Shown: one piece after another, positions 1-12,394 of the stretch | Layout: the number at the start of each line of letters is the position of its first letter | Numbering within the stretch: position 1 is the first letter of the stretch | Assembly: GCF_004010195.1 (NCBI RefSeq) | Contig: NC_057720.1 | Coordinates: 5,119,550 to 5,183,549 of the forward strand | Source: Chiloscyllium plagiosum | Lineage: Eukaryota | Direction: 5' to 3' | DNA length: 64,000 nucleotides | The notes under the pieces: generated by a model | Databases searched by the model: none | Seen by the model: only the letters and a program-made list of their open reading frames with translations | What the model was told of the DNA's origin: nothing | Made by a program: the position numbers and the translations under genes

Positions 1-274
1 GTGGGGAGGCAGGGGTTTCAGTTGCGTGGGAAGTTATGGAAGAAGTTCAAGGGGTCATTAAAATTTCCAGAACAAGGAATAGGACAGAGTATGGAATGGG
101 TCAGGAAGCTAACATCAGACACAGTAGGCAAGGGGACAACTATGAGAAGGGACAGTCCAACACAAGAATGAGGCTTATAGTGTCATACAGAGTGGAGGCA
201 GACCCTACAGTCCAACCCATCCATTCTGACCAGATTTACTGAACTGAATTAGTCCCATTTGCCTGTGTTTGTTC

Positions 275-2280
275 AATAGACAATAGACAATAGGTGCAGG
301 AGTAGGCCTTCGAGCCTGTACCGCCATTCAATATGATTATGGCTGATCATTCCTCATGAGTATCCTGTTCCTGCCTTATCTCCATAACCCTTGATTCCAC
401 TAGCCTTGAGAGCTCTATCCAACTCTTTCTTAAATGAATCCAGAGACTGGGCCTCCACTGCCCTCTGGAGCAGAGCATTCCACACAGCCACCACTCTCTG
501 AGCGAAGAAGTTTCTCTTCATCTCTGTCCTAAATGGTCTACCCCGTATTTTTAAGCTGTGTCCTCTGGTTTGGCACTCACCCATCAGCAGAAACATGTTT
601 CCTGCCTCCAGAGTGTCCAATCCTTTCATAATCTTATATTTCTCAATCAGATCCCCTCTCAAATCTTCTAAACTCAAGGGTATACAAGCCCAGTCGCTCC
701 AGTCTTTCAGCATAAGGTAGTCCTGCCATTCCAGGAATTGACCTCGTGAACCTACGCTGCACTCCCACAATAGCCAGAATGTCTTCCTCAAATTTGGAGA
801 CCAGAACTGCACACAATACTCCAGGTGTGGTCTCACCAGGGCCCTGTACAGCTGCAGAAGAACCTCTTTGCTTCTATACTCAATCCCTCTTGTTATGAAG
901 GCCAGCATGCTATTAGCCTTCTTCACTACCTGCTGTACCTTCATGCTTACCTTCATTGACTGGTGTACAAGAATACCCAGATCTCTTTGTACTGCCCCTT
1001 TGCCTAACCTGACTCAATTTAGGTAGTAATCTGCCTTCCTGTTCTTGCCACCAAAGTGGATAACCATATATTTATCCACATTAAACTACATCTGCCCTGC
1101 ATCTGACCACTCACCTAACCTGTCCAGGTCACCCTGTAATCTCCTAACATCCTCCTCATATTTCACCCTGTTACCCAGCTTAGTATCATCAGCAAATTTG
1201 CTAATGTTATTGCTAATACCATCTTCTACATCATTAGTATATATTGTAAAAAGCTGCGGTCCCAGCACTGATCCCTGCAGTACCCCACTGGTCACTGCCT
1301 GCCATTCTGAAATGGAGCCATTTATCACTACTCTTTGTTTCCTGTCAGCCAACCAACTTTCAATCCAAGTTAGTACTTTGCCCCCAATACCATGCGCCCT
1401 AATTTTGCTCACTAACCTCCTATGTGGGACTTTATCAAAAGCTTTCCGAAAGTCCAGGTACACTACATCTACTGGATCTCCCTCATCCATCTTCAGAGTT
1501 ACATCCTCAAAAAATTCCAGAAGATTAGTCAAGCATGATTTCACCTTCATAAATCNNNNNNNNNNNNNNNNNNNNNNNNNNNNNNNNNNNNNNNNNNNNN
1601 NNNNNNNNNNNNNNNNNNNNNNNNNNNNNNNNNNNNNNNNNNNNNNNNNNNNNNNNNNNNNNNNNNNNNNNNNNNNNNNNNNNNNNNNNNNNNNNNNNNN
1701 NNNNNNNNNNNNNNNNNNNNNNNNNNNNNNNNNNNNNNNNNNNNNNNNNNNNNNNNNNNNNNNNNNNNNNNNNNNNNNNNNNNNNNNNNNNNNNNNNNNN
1801 NNNNNNNNNNNNNNNNNTTCTTTGTTCCCTGTAATATATTCCCCTGTTTCTGTCTTCAAGGGCCCAATTTTAGTCTTAACCATTTTTTTGCCTTTCACAT
1901 ACCTAAAAAGGCTTGTACTATCCTCCTTTATATTATTGGCCAGTTTACCTTCGTACCTCATTTTTTCTCTGTGTATTTCCTTCTTAGTAATCCTCTGTTG
2001 TTCTTTAAAAGCTTCCTAGTGCTCCGTTTTCCCACTTATCTTTGCTATGTTATACTTTTTCTCTTTTAACTGTATATGCTCCTTAACTTCCCTCATCAGC
2101 CACGGCCACCCCTGTCTCCTCATAGGATCTTTCTTCCTTTTTGGAATGAACTGATCCTGCATGCTCTGCATTATAACCAGAAATATCCGCCATTGTTCCT
2201 CCACTGCCATCCCTGCTAAGGTCACCATTGAACTTTGGCCAGCTCCTCCCTCATAGCTCCATAGTTCCCTTTATTCAACT
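275..2280 (-). mobile_element. CR1-clade LINE, 3' part of ORF2 plus 3' tail, spanning an N gap
   Basis: ORFs 1086..1961 ([28 protein letters not shown]) and 354..956 (RPHLEYCVQFWSP); short caatagac tail repeats near 275. Confidence 0.93.
1556..1817. other. Assembly gap (other gaps: 11063-11103, 11814-12049, 19135-19444)
   Basis: Runs of N. Confidence 1.
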
Positions 2281-2329
2281 GAATAAAATTCAGTTCATAT
2301 CCCCTCTTGCAGTTTAATTCATCGGTCTT

Positions 2330-2890
2330 CCCTCATTCCATGCCATACACTTGCCTGCCTTGGCTTTTTAATTTCTGTACCAGCCTCAACCTTCTCTCTT
2401 GATTCACTCTGCTTAGCATTCCCGACCCTCCACACCTCCGTGATACTGGTTTAAACCCCCCCGTGCAGCTCGAGTAAATCTTCCTGCCATAATATTGATT
2501 CCCCGGCAGTTTCAGGTGCAACCCATCCCTCTTGTACAGATCTCTTCTGTGCCAGAAGAGATCCCAATGATGCAAAAATCTGAATCCTTGCCCCCTGCCT
2601 CAACTCCTCAGCCACACGTTTGTCTGCCTCATCTTCCTATTCCTACTCTCACTCACACATGGTACCAGGACTAATCCAGAGACAATGACCCTTGAGGTTC
2701 TGCTTTTTAGCCTCCTGCCTAACTCCCTATATTCCCTCCACACAACCTCATCCCTTTCCCTTCCAATGTTGTTGGTACTGAGTGTACAATGACCTCCGGC
2801 TGCTCACGCTCCCCTTTCAGAATTTGCTGCAACCACACAGAGATATCCTTGGTCCTGGCATCAGGGAAGCAACACACCGTCCTGGAATCT
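2330..2890 (-). mobile_element. CR1 ORF1 (SGNH esterase-like) fragment
   Basis: ORF 2333..2575 HWDLFWHRRDLYKRDGLHL matches the DGLHL motif of CR1 ORF1 esterases. Confidence 0.75.
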
Positions 2891-2893
2891 TAC

Positions 2894-3190
2894 TCCCTGT
2901 GTCTGCGTGGGTTTCCTCTGGGTGCTCCAGTTTCCTCCCACAGTCCAAAGATATGCAGGTTAGGTGAATTAGCCATGGGAAACACAGAGTTGTAGCATGG
3001 GTCTGAGTGGGATGCTTTTAAGTTTCTTCTCACAGTCCAAAGATGTACAGGTCAGGTGAATTGGCCATGTTAAATTGCCCATAGTGCTAGGTGCAGTAGT
3101 CAGGGGTAAATGAAGGGAAATGAGTCTGGGTGGGTTACTCTTCGGAGGGTCTGTGTGGACTTGTTGGGCCAAAGGGCCTATTTCTAATGT
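2894..3190 (+). mobile_element. HE1-like SINE, 5'-truncated and internally rearranged
   Basis: gtctgcgtgggtttcc...cacagtccaaagatg (present twice)...ggacttgttgggccaaagggcc. Confidence 0.85.
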
Positions 3191-3499
3191 AAACAAAAAG
3201 GGTCACAAGGTATAGAATCTGTGTGGGTAGAGTTGAGAAACCACAAAGACCCTGACAGGAGCTATGTACAGGCCTCTTAGCAGGATTTGGGGAGGAAAAT
3301 AAATCAGGAGGTGGAAAAGGCACTTTTACAATAATCATGGAGACTTCAATATGCAGGTGGACTGGGATAATCAGATTGCTAGCAGATTCCAAAAGAAGGA
3401 ATTCATGGAACGTCTCTGAGATTTTTGTTTTGGAGCAGCTTGTGGTAGAACCATCCAGGAACATGCCATTCTGGATTTGGTGACGTGTGATGAGGCGGA

Positions 3500-4190
3500 C
3501 ATAGAGTCATCGAGATGTACAGCATGGAAACAGACCCTTCAGTCCAACCTATCCATGCCGACCAGATATCCCAACCCAATCTAGTCCCACCTGCCAGCAC
3601 CCGGCCCATATCCCTCCAAACCCTTCCTATTCATATACCCATCCAAATGCCTCTTAAATTTTTTAGATTAGATGGTATGGATTACTTATGGTATGGAAAC
3701 AGGCCCTTCGGCCAACAAGTCCACACCGACCCACCGAAGTGCAACCCACCCAGACCCATTCCCCTACATTTACCCCTTCACCTAACACTAGGGGCAATTT
3801 AGCATGGCCAATTCACGTAACCTGCACATTTTTGGACTGTGGGAGGAAACCGGAGCACCCAGAGGAAACCCACGCAGATACAGGGAGAATATGCAAATTC
3901 CACACAGACAGTTGCCTGAGGCGGGAATTGAACCCGGGTCTCTGGCGCTGTGAGGCAGCAGTGCTAACCACTGTGCCACCATGCCGCCCGTAATGTTGCA
4001 ACTGTACCAACCTCCACCACATCCTCTGGCAGCTCATTCCATACACGTACCACCCTCTGCGGGAAAAGGTTGCCTCTTAGGTTTCTTTTATATCTTTCCC
4101 CTCTCACCCTAAACCTATGCCCTCTAGTTCTGGACTCCCCGATCCCAGGGAACAGAATGTCTATTTATCCTATCCATGTCCCTCATAATT
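3500..4190 (-). mobile_element. HER1/CR1-like LINE 3' end, interrupted by a SINE
   Basis: Tail gagatgtacagcatggaaacagaccc, also seen at 35720 and 60915. Confidence 0.88.
3662..3989 (-). mobile_element. HE1-like tRNA-derived SINE, full length
   Basis: Minus strand GGGCGGCATGGTGGCACAGTGGTTAGCA head with A/B boxes (GGTTCAATTCC), conserved central domain and TCTAA tail. Confidence 0.92.
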
Positions 4191-4824
4191 TTGTTGTTGT
4201 CCCTGGGGGCAATGATCATAATATGACAGAATTAACCCTGCAGTTTGAGAGGGAGAAGCTGGAATCAGATGTAACGGTGTTACGATTGAGAAAAGGCAAC
4301 TACAAAGACATGAGAGAGGACACGGCCAGAGTTGTTTGGAAGGGGAGCCGAGCAGGAAAGATGGTGGAGCAACAATGGCAGGGGTTTCTGGGAGTAACTC
4401 AGGAGGCGCAGCAGAAACTCATCCCGAGGAAGAAGAAACATACTACGGGGGAGGATGAGGCAATAATGGCTGACAAAGGAAGTCAGGGACAGCAAAAAGC
4501 CAAAAGAAAAAGCAGACAATGTGGTGAAGATTAGTGGGAAGCCTTAGGATTGGGAAGCCTTTAAAACCCAGCAGAGGACACTGGAAATGCAACAAAAGGG
4601 GAGAAAATGAAACTATGAGAGTAAATTGGCTCATAATAAAAAACATGAAGATTGCAATTTCTTTGATATTTAGAAAGGTTAAGAGAGAGATAGGAGTGGA
4701 CATTGGACATTGAAAAATGAGGTTGTACAAGTAGAAATAGGGAGCAAAGAAACAGCAGACGAACTGAATCAGGACTTTGCATCCATTTTCACAGCAGCAT
4801 ACAAGAACTTCGAGAGAGTCAGGG

Positions 4825-5419
4825 TGTGACGACGCTGTCACTTAGACAAGGTTATTTTGTTCTTGGGTTTTTTTTAGAAAGAGAGGTTGTAAATGCAGAG
4901 GTGCTGAGGGGCCTTGGAAGAGCCGAGTTGAACAGTGGCAGGGGAGTGGCTAGTTCTCCCAGCTCAGGTTTTCTCGAGTTTGCTTCCGGCTTTGGCAGTC
5001 ACAAGATGCTGGAGTCCGGGAAGTTGCAACTTTCAGCAGAAGTTTCCTGAGTGATTTCCTCTCGGAAATCTCTTTGGATGTTGTTCCCTCCTACCTGTAA
5101 GAATCTGTGTTTCAATTTACCATTTTGCCAATGGTTGTGTTTATGGGATGTTACTGGATTGGAACAGCTTCTTAGTTAAGTTGCTGTATTGGGTTGGTTG
5201 AGTTTTCCAACAGTTCACTTGTTCTAAATTCCATTTCCTTTTGTTTGTGTTTCAACCGTAGTGTGGAAATAAATTCTGTTTTGCTTAAAGCTGGGTGGTT
5301 TGACCAGCTACACCACCCCTGGAATATCCACTTCACATCTGCCTTTAAAAATAAGAAAAAGTTTGGGTCTAAGCTACCTTCCTTAAATGCTTTGTGGGAG
5401 TCTGGCCTGGCACATAACA
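4825..5419 (+). mobile_element. Probable solo LTR inserted in a CR1
   Basis: 595-bp non-CR1 block beginning TGTGAC and ending ATAACA, AATAAA at 5268-5273, CR1 sequence resumes on both sides; TSD not clean. Confidence 0.6.
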
Positions 5420-5569
5420 GTGGGCAGAGGTGAGTGTGGTGGCTATCACTAAGGAGAAGGTGCTAGGGAAGCTGAAAGGTCTGAAAGGGGATAACTCATC
5501 CAGACTAATTGGACTGCACCCCAGAGTCCTGAAGGAGAGAGCTGATGAGATTGTCAAGGTATCAGTGAT

Positions 5570-5675
5570 ACCTTGAAGGTTCCTGAAGAAGGGCTTATGC
5601 CCGAAACGTCGATTCTCCTGTTCCCTGGATGCTGCCTGACCTGCTGCGCTTTTCCAGCAACACATTTTCGGCTTC
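5570..5675 (+). mobile_element. Mini PLE-derived insertion (family A) with hammerhead core
   Basis: Flanked by 9-bp duplication atcagtgat (5561-5569, 5676-5684); sequence matches the 3' end of the PLE at 52345-52430. Confidence 0.85.
5583..5610 (+). ncRNA. Minimal type I hammerhead ribozyme motif
   Basis: CTGAAGA-A-GGGC-TTAT-GCCC-GAAA-CGTC: intact core boxes, 4-bp stem II, palindromic ACGT helix III, GUC site. Confidence 0.8.
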
Positions 5676-5994
5676 ATCAGTGATGACTCCTCAGAGATCA
5701 CTGGGGTGAGAGAGGGTCTCGGAGGACTGGAAAATAGCTAATGTAACACCCATGTTTAAGAAGGGAGGGAGGCAGAAGACAGGAAACTATAGACCGGTTA
5801 GCCTGACCTCAGATATTGGTAAGGTTTTACAGTCCAGTAGTAAGGATGAGTTTGTGGAGTACTTGAAAGGCATGGTAAAATAGGGCTGACACAGCATGGC
5901 TTCATCAAGGAAAGGTCATGCCTGAGAAATCTGTTAGAATCCTTTTCTGATTGGCACAATATCCAGGCTTGGCTGATTCGTGATCATTAATATT

Positions 5995-6690
5995 TATGTC
6001 AGACGATGACCATCTTCAATAAGAGAATTTCACCACCTCCCCTTGATGCTCAGTCATGTTAATGTCAAATGAACAACATCCTATGGGTTACCGTTGACCA
6101 GAAATTGAACTGGCCTTGCAAAATAAACACAATGGCTACAATAGTAGGTTACAGCTGGGAATACTGTGGCAAGTGACTCCCCAGCGCATATCAGCCACCT
6201 TCAAGGCACCAGTCAGGAGTGAGGTGGATTATCCCCAACTACCTAGATAAGAAAACTCTAGCCACAGTGAAGTCGTTCAACACCATCCAGGACAAAGCAG
6301 CCTGCTTGGTTTGCACCAAATCTATAAACAGTCAGTCCCTCCACCACTGACACTCAGGGACAGCATTTATATTATTCTCAGGATGCACAACAGAAAATCC
6401 CCAACACTCCTTAGGTAGCACCTTCTAAACCCATGACTCTCACTATCTCGAAGGATAAGGGCAGCATATACATGGGAATACCACTACCTACAGGTTCCCC
6501 TCCAAGCCAGTCACTATCCTGATTGTATGTCCAATCACCGTCCCTTCTGTTTCTGGGTCAAAATCCTGAATTGCCTCCCTAAGGGCATCGTGGATGTCCT
6601 TCCACCGTATGTTGAAGACAGCAACTCACCCTGACAGCAATAAGTACCAAATGCTGGATTTGCCAGCAATGCTTACATCTCACGACGAAA
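5995..6690 (+). mobile_element. Decayed non-LTR LINE 3' region (same family as 62907-64000)
   Basis: Shares gggttaccgttgaccagaaa...caccatccaggacaaagcagcc...ccctccaccactg with the reverse complement of 62907-64000. Confidence 0.75.
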
Positions 6691-6809
6691 CAAAAAATCT
6701 AATGACCATTTTGTAACAAATATGTAAATATCACAATTTCCCAAAAGATAAATAATATCCTCATATGGCGCAAGTGGGAGCCGGAGAGAGAGAGAGATCG
6801 AGAGGCAAA

Positions 6810-7505
6810 TAGAACATTACAGCACAGTAGAGGCCTTTTGACTCTCGATGTTATGTCGACCTGCGGAACCAATCTGAAGCCCATCTATCCGACACTATTC
6901 CATTTTCATCCAATGTCTATCCAATCACCATTTAAATGCCTTAAAGTTGGCGAGTCAATTACTGTTGCAGGCAGTGCGTTCCACACCCCTACTATTGAGT
7001 AAAGAAACTCTCTGACATCTGTCCTATATCTATCACCCCTCAATTTAAAGCTATGTCCCTTCATGCTAGCCATCACCATCCGAGGAAAAAGGCTCTCACT
7101 ATCCACCCTATCTAACCCTCTGATTATCTTATATGTCTCAATGAAGTCACCTCTTAACCTTCTTCTTCTCTAATAAAAATAGCCTCAAAGCCCTCAGCCT
7201 TTCCTCATATGACCTTCACTCCATACCAGGCAACATCCTCGTAAACCATCTCTGAACTCAAAGCTTCCACATCCTTCCTATAATGCAGTGACCAGAACTG
7301 CACGCAATACTCCAAGTGCGGCCGCACCAGTGTCTTGTACAGCTGAAGAATGACCTTGTGGCTCCGAAACTCAATCCCTCTACCAATAAAAGCCAACAGT
7401 CCATATGCCTTCTTAACAACCCTATCAACCTGGGTGGCAACATTCAGGGATTTAGGTACATGGGCACAGAGATCTCTCTGCTCTTCACACTACCAAGAAT
7501 CTTAT
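6810..7505 (-). mobile_element. CR1 LINE 3' end
   Basis: ORFs 7205..7396 (LYKTLVRPHLEYCVQFWS) and 6906..7106 (DSESLFPRM...); same family as the 16140 ORF. Confidence 0.9.
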
Positions 7506-8523
7506 CATAAACAGATTATATACACTGGGATAAAGTTCAGGATGGGATGGTCAGTGGCTGCCCAATGCTAAATCTTCTGACATCGTTCAAAACTGTGCAT
7601 TGGAGCAGAACGCAATTTTCCCTCTTCATCTGAAGTCTACTTCTTATGCCAACATCAATAGGTCAAGAAACTTACACATTCTCGAAATAAAATTAATTTC
7701 TGGATTGGAGACACGACATTGATATCAGTTCAGAATACCACTTCATAGTGCAATAATTGCAACACAATAAAATGTTGATAAATAGATGCCAATAAAATCA
7801 CTGGTGATTTGATGAAGCATTGAAGTCTTCACAACTCTTCGATACTCAGGCAGAAGTTACAACTTACTGCCCTTTATCTCTCGAGATTAATGCAGCATGC
7901 CTTTGGGAATACAGCCATCATCCACTCAATTCATCTGACAACCAACAAAGTCACTTCTACCTTGGGAGGGGGAACATATTCAGAATTTCTACACTGTCCC
8001 ATTACCGTATTCAGCGCTCTGTCTGGCGTTGGGGGGATGGAGGTGGGGAGACACCACCCGATATTTGCCCGAGTCAAAGGAGGTGCATGCAGTTCAATCT
8101 CTAAGCTCTATTACAAGCTTCCTACAGCCACGAGATAAACAGTTTCATAATAGGCAATATGAGAATGTCTGAAATTGAGACTTCAAGTCAGCTGAAATGG
8201 GAGTCAATGCACAGGATGTGAGATAGTCAGAGGGCAGGAAGAGAAATCCCAAAGATAAACTGTTCTTGCTTCTACAAAGTCTGTGTTTATATCCAGTTTC
8301 TCCTAAAAATTGGAAACCTTGGTGGAATTGTAAAATGGCTGAAGATGGTCACATGATTGTATTTCCAGAAGCTTCTGAACCCCCCTGCATTGTATAGGTA
8401 TTCCAGCTAAAAATGGCACAAAGGGCTTGGAAGTGAGCCAACTGCTTCCAACCAGCTTTGATAAAGTATACCTCAAAAACCAAGTGTGGAAAACTTTTAG
8501 TTTATGTTAATGCTTTTAGTTAC

Positions 8524-8546
8524 CTCGCCATTTTGCAATAGAAAAT
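8524..8546 (-). other. Candidate 23-nt exon containing an ATG, gene unidentified
   Basis: Minus strand gctaac...tttttcttccctatcag|ATTTTCTATTGCAAAATGGCGAG|gtaact: branch point-like CTAAC, pyrimidine tract, CAG, donor and AAAATGG start context. Confidence 0.35.
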
Positions 8547-9426
8547 CTGATAGGGAAGAAAAAGCTCTAGTTAGCTTAACCACCTCCCAATCCACACACT
8601 GAGATGAGCTCTCAGCATCTCAGACTGAAACCTGAACTGGTTAAGTTGATCAAACGTACAATTCTGGGATTCTTGGTCAGTTGCTGTTTGGGATTCTGGG
8701 AAAGGTACAGCTCCTGACTGACAGGTGGAAGAGGCTGCCCAGTCACCTCCAACCCCCACGTGACAACTGGTAAACTTACCCACACTTTGCCTGGAGAGAA
8801 AAGGCACCAGCCCCAGCTCACTGCAGAAACTATTACTGGAAACCCACCTCCAGGAGGTTGTAGTTTATGTGAACTAATTTTTAAAATACCTTTGGTATTT
8901 AACAAAACCTGGAGCTTCCAAAATGTGTCCTCTCCTGTCATCTTTAATTTCTTCTTGCGTGAGTGTATTAAATAATTTACCGATGTTCGCAACGTTTGTC
9001 AATAAACTCTACCTTCAATTTCATTTTAAAAAATTTTACCATGGGGTTTATTTCAAACTTTGTAATCCAAACAGCAGGAGTGGGGATATGCCTTGGCCTA
9101 TCTCATCAAGGCTTGGGAGTGAAAAGGAAAAGGAGGAATTCAAACACTCTGGGGCTCAAGAGAAGAAAGCAGACATAATTCACATTCACAGTTACTCCCC
9201 CCCCTCTGTAAGTGGCAGACGTCTCAATTGTTGACTAGAATATCTGGAAGTGAGCAGGCAGGCAGAATGTGGTAAAAGCAGACGAGAAGCAGAAATGACC
9301 AGATGATGGAACAGATGCCAGCTGGAAGGAAGAATAAGATCAGGCGACCGGATTCAGACGTCCTCGCTGCAAGACAGACGGTTACTCACATTCAGCCTTC
9401 ACATCCCTAACAGAATGATTCAATCC

Positions 9427-9640
9427 CAAAGTCAGAAGTCACAATGACACCAGGTTGTAGGTCAACAGGTTTATTTGAAATCAAAAGCTTGCAAAGAGCT
9501 GCCCCGTCATCAGCACTTCACCTGATGAAGGGGAGGCACTCCGAAAGCTTGAGATTTCAATTAAACCTGTTGGACTATAACCTGGTGCTGTGTGACTTCT
9601 GACTTTGTCCAACCCAGTCCAGCACTGGCTCCTCCACAAT
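9427..9640. mobile_element. Fold-back mini element (family B) with hammerhead core
   Basis: Inverted arms about 9427-9513 and 9522-9607; plus-strand core CTGATGA-A-GGGG-AGGCA-CTCC-GAAA-GCTT at 9522-9550. Confidence 0.75.
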
Positions 9641-11105
9641 CCAGAAGTGAGTGATATGCCCCTGGGTACAGTCAAGGTGGATGGCTGCCTGTACGGTACA
9701 TCACAACACTGAGGCTGCAAGGACTTGCAATAGAAAATCTTTGGCAGCCATTCACCTCACAAGAAGGCTGGCTGTACCATGGGTGGGGGTCAGCTGTGTG
9801 TTAAAACCTACCAGAAGTTGCTGAGGAACCCTGCTCAGACACGTCACTCCAGAGGAAGACCGCGGATTGAGAAGGTGCAGCTGAGCTTTGTTTTCTGTTT
9901 CACCCTGTTCCAATGCCCTTGGAAACACAGTCAGGCTCCTGAACCTGTGGACTGTCACAGCTGTCAAATTAATAACTACCATATTTAGTTGATACTTTAT
10001 GCATGGTTAAAACAAAACTAACATTTGAGAAATAGGCTTGAAGGAGTGTCTTATTTCATTCAATCTTAAATGTAAAAGTCGTCTAGGAAAAGAATGCCCT
10101 TTCTCTAGGAACGGGCACAGACATGATGGGCTAATGGCTTAACTCGCAGCTGTTGAACTTTAATAACTGACATAACGTAAGCTAATTCTAAGTTTGTGGA
10201 AATTAACTTACCTTCCCTGTTGTAAATGGTATCAAATTTTGGTCTGACGGCCAGATTTATTCAATGGTCTGACCCAGGTTTTTTGTCCCAGTGGTGTGGA
10301 GCAGTTGTGCTGTCAGCCGCGCACTCTTGCATTATCTTAACAGTGTGTGCTCAGAGCAACACCTTGCAGGGGCTCAGTGTGGGACTCGGTATGAAATATG
10401 TTGATAGTTGCACACAGTGACTGCCCAAGAGAAGTGATCATTTGAAGTTGGCAGTTGCAAGCCCCACCAATAAAGGGCGTTTAATCGTCAGGTTGTTACA
10501 AAATGTCTGCTTTGGGTGCGTCAGTTACCCCAAGAGTTGACTGCATTCTTTTAATCTCCAATCAGAGCTCAACCTACACAACTTCTCTTCATATGAAGAC
10601 TGCTTTGTCTGGTATCCCCTCTCTGGACTGCCTCCAAAGCCCATACACCTTTCTTTCGGTAAGGGGGTCAAAACCATTCACAACAGTGAAGGACTAACTA
10701 GCGCCTTTTCCAGTTTGAGCAAGACTTCATTATTTTTTAAGTCAAATCTCTTTGACATTCATGGTCCACATAGGCACCAATGACATAGATCCCCACCTTT
10801 CTTCTTGCCCAAGGCAGAAATTCACGGAGCTAGGATGGAAGCTTAGAGCTAGAACAAACAGTTATTTCTGGTTCATTGCCCGTACCACGTACTAGTGAAG
10901 CAAGGAACAGGGAAAGAGTGGAGCTGAACACATGGCTGCAGGGATGTTGCAGGAGGAAGGATTTGGATTCTTGGATAATTGAAGCTCTTTCTGGGGAAGG
11001 AAGGTGGGACCTCTACAAATAGGATGGTCTTCACCTGAACCAGAGGGGAACCAATAAATTGGNNNNNNNNNNNNNNNNNNNNNNNNNNNNNNNNNNNNNN
11101 NNNGT

Positions 11106-11141
<36 letters not shown>

Positions 11142-11671
11142 GGAAGTTATGCCAATGCTCTTCAGACAGGTTTAAACTAATGCAGCAGGGGGATGGGAAC
11201 CTGAATGGTAGTTTCAGTGAACAGGAGGTTGAGAGTAGTGAGGTCAGGGATAGGTTTACAAGGTTGTGAGAGGGCACTGGCAATCAGGATGTTGGTGTGA
11301 AATGTGTGTACTTCAAGGCCAGGAGCATCTGGAATAAGGTGGGTGAACTTGTAGCATGGGGTGGTACCTGGGACTCCGATGTTGTGGCCATTTCAGAGAC
11401 ATAGACAAAGCAGGGACAGGAATGGTTGTTACAGATTCTGGGATTTAGATGTTTCAGGAAGAACAGAGAAGATGGGAAAAGAGGGGAAGGTGTGGTGTTG
11501 TTAATCAAGGGTAATATTACAGCAGCTGAGATAACGCTGGAGGACTCATCCGCAGTGGTAGTTTGGGCTGAGGTTAGAAACAGGAAAGGAGAGGCCACCC
11601 TGTTGGGAGTTTTCTATAGGCCTCTGAATAGTTCCAGGAATGTAGAGGAAAGGATAGCAAAGACAATTTAT

Positions 11672-11813
11672 GGGGGGCACGGTGGCACAGTGGTTAGCAC
11701 TACTGCCTCACAGTGCCAGAGACCCGGTTCAATTCCCGGCTCAGGCGACTGACTGTGTGGAGTTTGCACGTTCTCCCCGTGTCTGCGTGGGTTTCCTCCG
11801 GGTGCTCCGGTTT
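11672..11813 (+). mobile_element. HE1-like SINE 5' half, running into an N gap
   Basis: ggcacggtggcacagtggttagcac...ggttcaattcccg. Confidence 0.9.
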
Positions 11814-12394
11814 NNNNNNNNNNNNNNNNNNNNNNNNNNNNNNNNNNNNNNNNNNNNNNNNNNNNNNNNNNNNNNNNNNNNNNNNNNNNNNNNNNNNNNN
11901 NNNNNNNNNNNNNNNNNNNNNNNNNNNNNNNNNNNNNNNNNNNNNNNNNNNNNNNNNNNNNNNNNNNNNNNNNNNNNNNNNNNNNNNNNNNNNNNNNNNN
12001 NNNNNNNNNNNNNNNNNNNNNNNNNNNNNNNNNNNNNNNNNNNNNNNNNTAAACCTGCTGGACTATAACCTGATGTTGTGTGATTTTTAACTGGGAATAC
12101 TATAGTTCAAGTAGTTTAGATGAGTCAGTTTATGTTCAATGTATGCAGGAGGGTTTTCTGACACCATATGTAGACAGGTCAACAAAAGGTGGTGTCAAAT
12201 TGGATTTGGTACAGGGGAATGAACCTGATCAGGTGTTAGGGGAAGGAAACTGCAGAAGATGGACACACTTGAAATGTGGAGCTTGTTTGAGGAACAGTTA
12301 CTGTGCGTCCTTGATAAATATATACCTATCAGCAGGGAGGTAGTTGTCGAGAGAGGGAGCCATGGTTTACTAAAGAAGCTGAAGCTCTTGTTAA

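Larger units (their letters stand above)
3200..5945 (+). mobile_element. Decayed CR1 ORF2 (endonuclease to RT), interrupted by several later insertions
   Basis: GDFN-type endonuclease sequence near 3340, LQFEREKLESD near 4240, ANVTPMFKKG/QHGF-type sequence at 5740-5940. Confidence 0.8.

Noticed and set aside
1045..2019. Long ORFs spanning N runs (also near 11670, 18893 and 19104)
   Set aside because: Their length is inflated by assembly gaps and they are antisense or partial LINE/SINE frames.
3900..3989. tRNA-like sequences at SINE heads
   Set aside because: They are A/B-box heads continuing into SINE bodies in about 12 copies, not standalone tRNA genes.
1..10500. SAMD13 coding exons expected from synteny
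   Set aside because: No SAM-domain-like translation was recognised, so no gene symbol was assigned.
11106..11140. 35-nt poly-G run as a G-quadruplex element
   Set aside because: It directly abuts an N gap inside a LINE and is likely a sequencing or assembly artefact.
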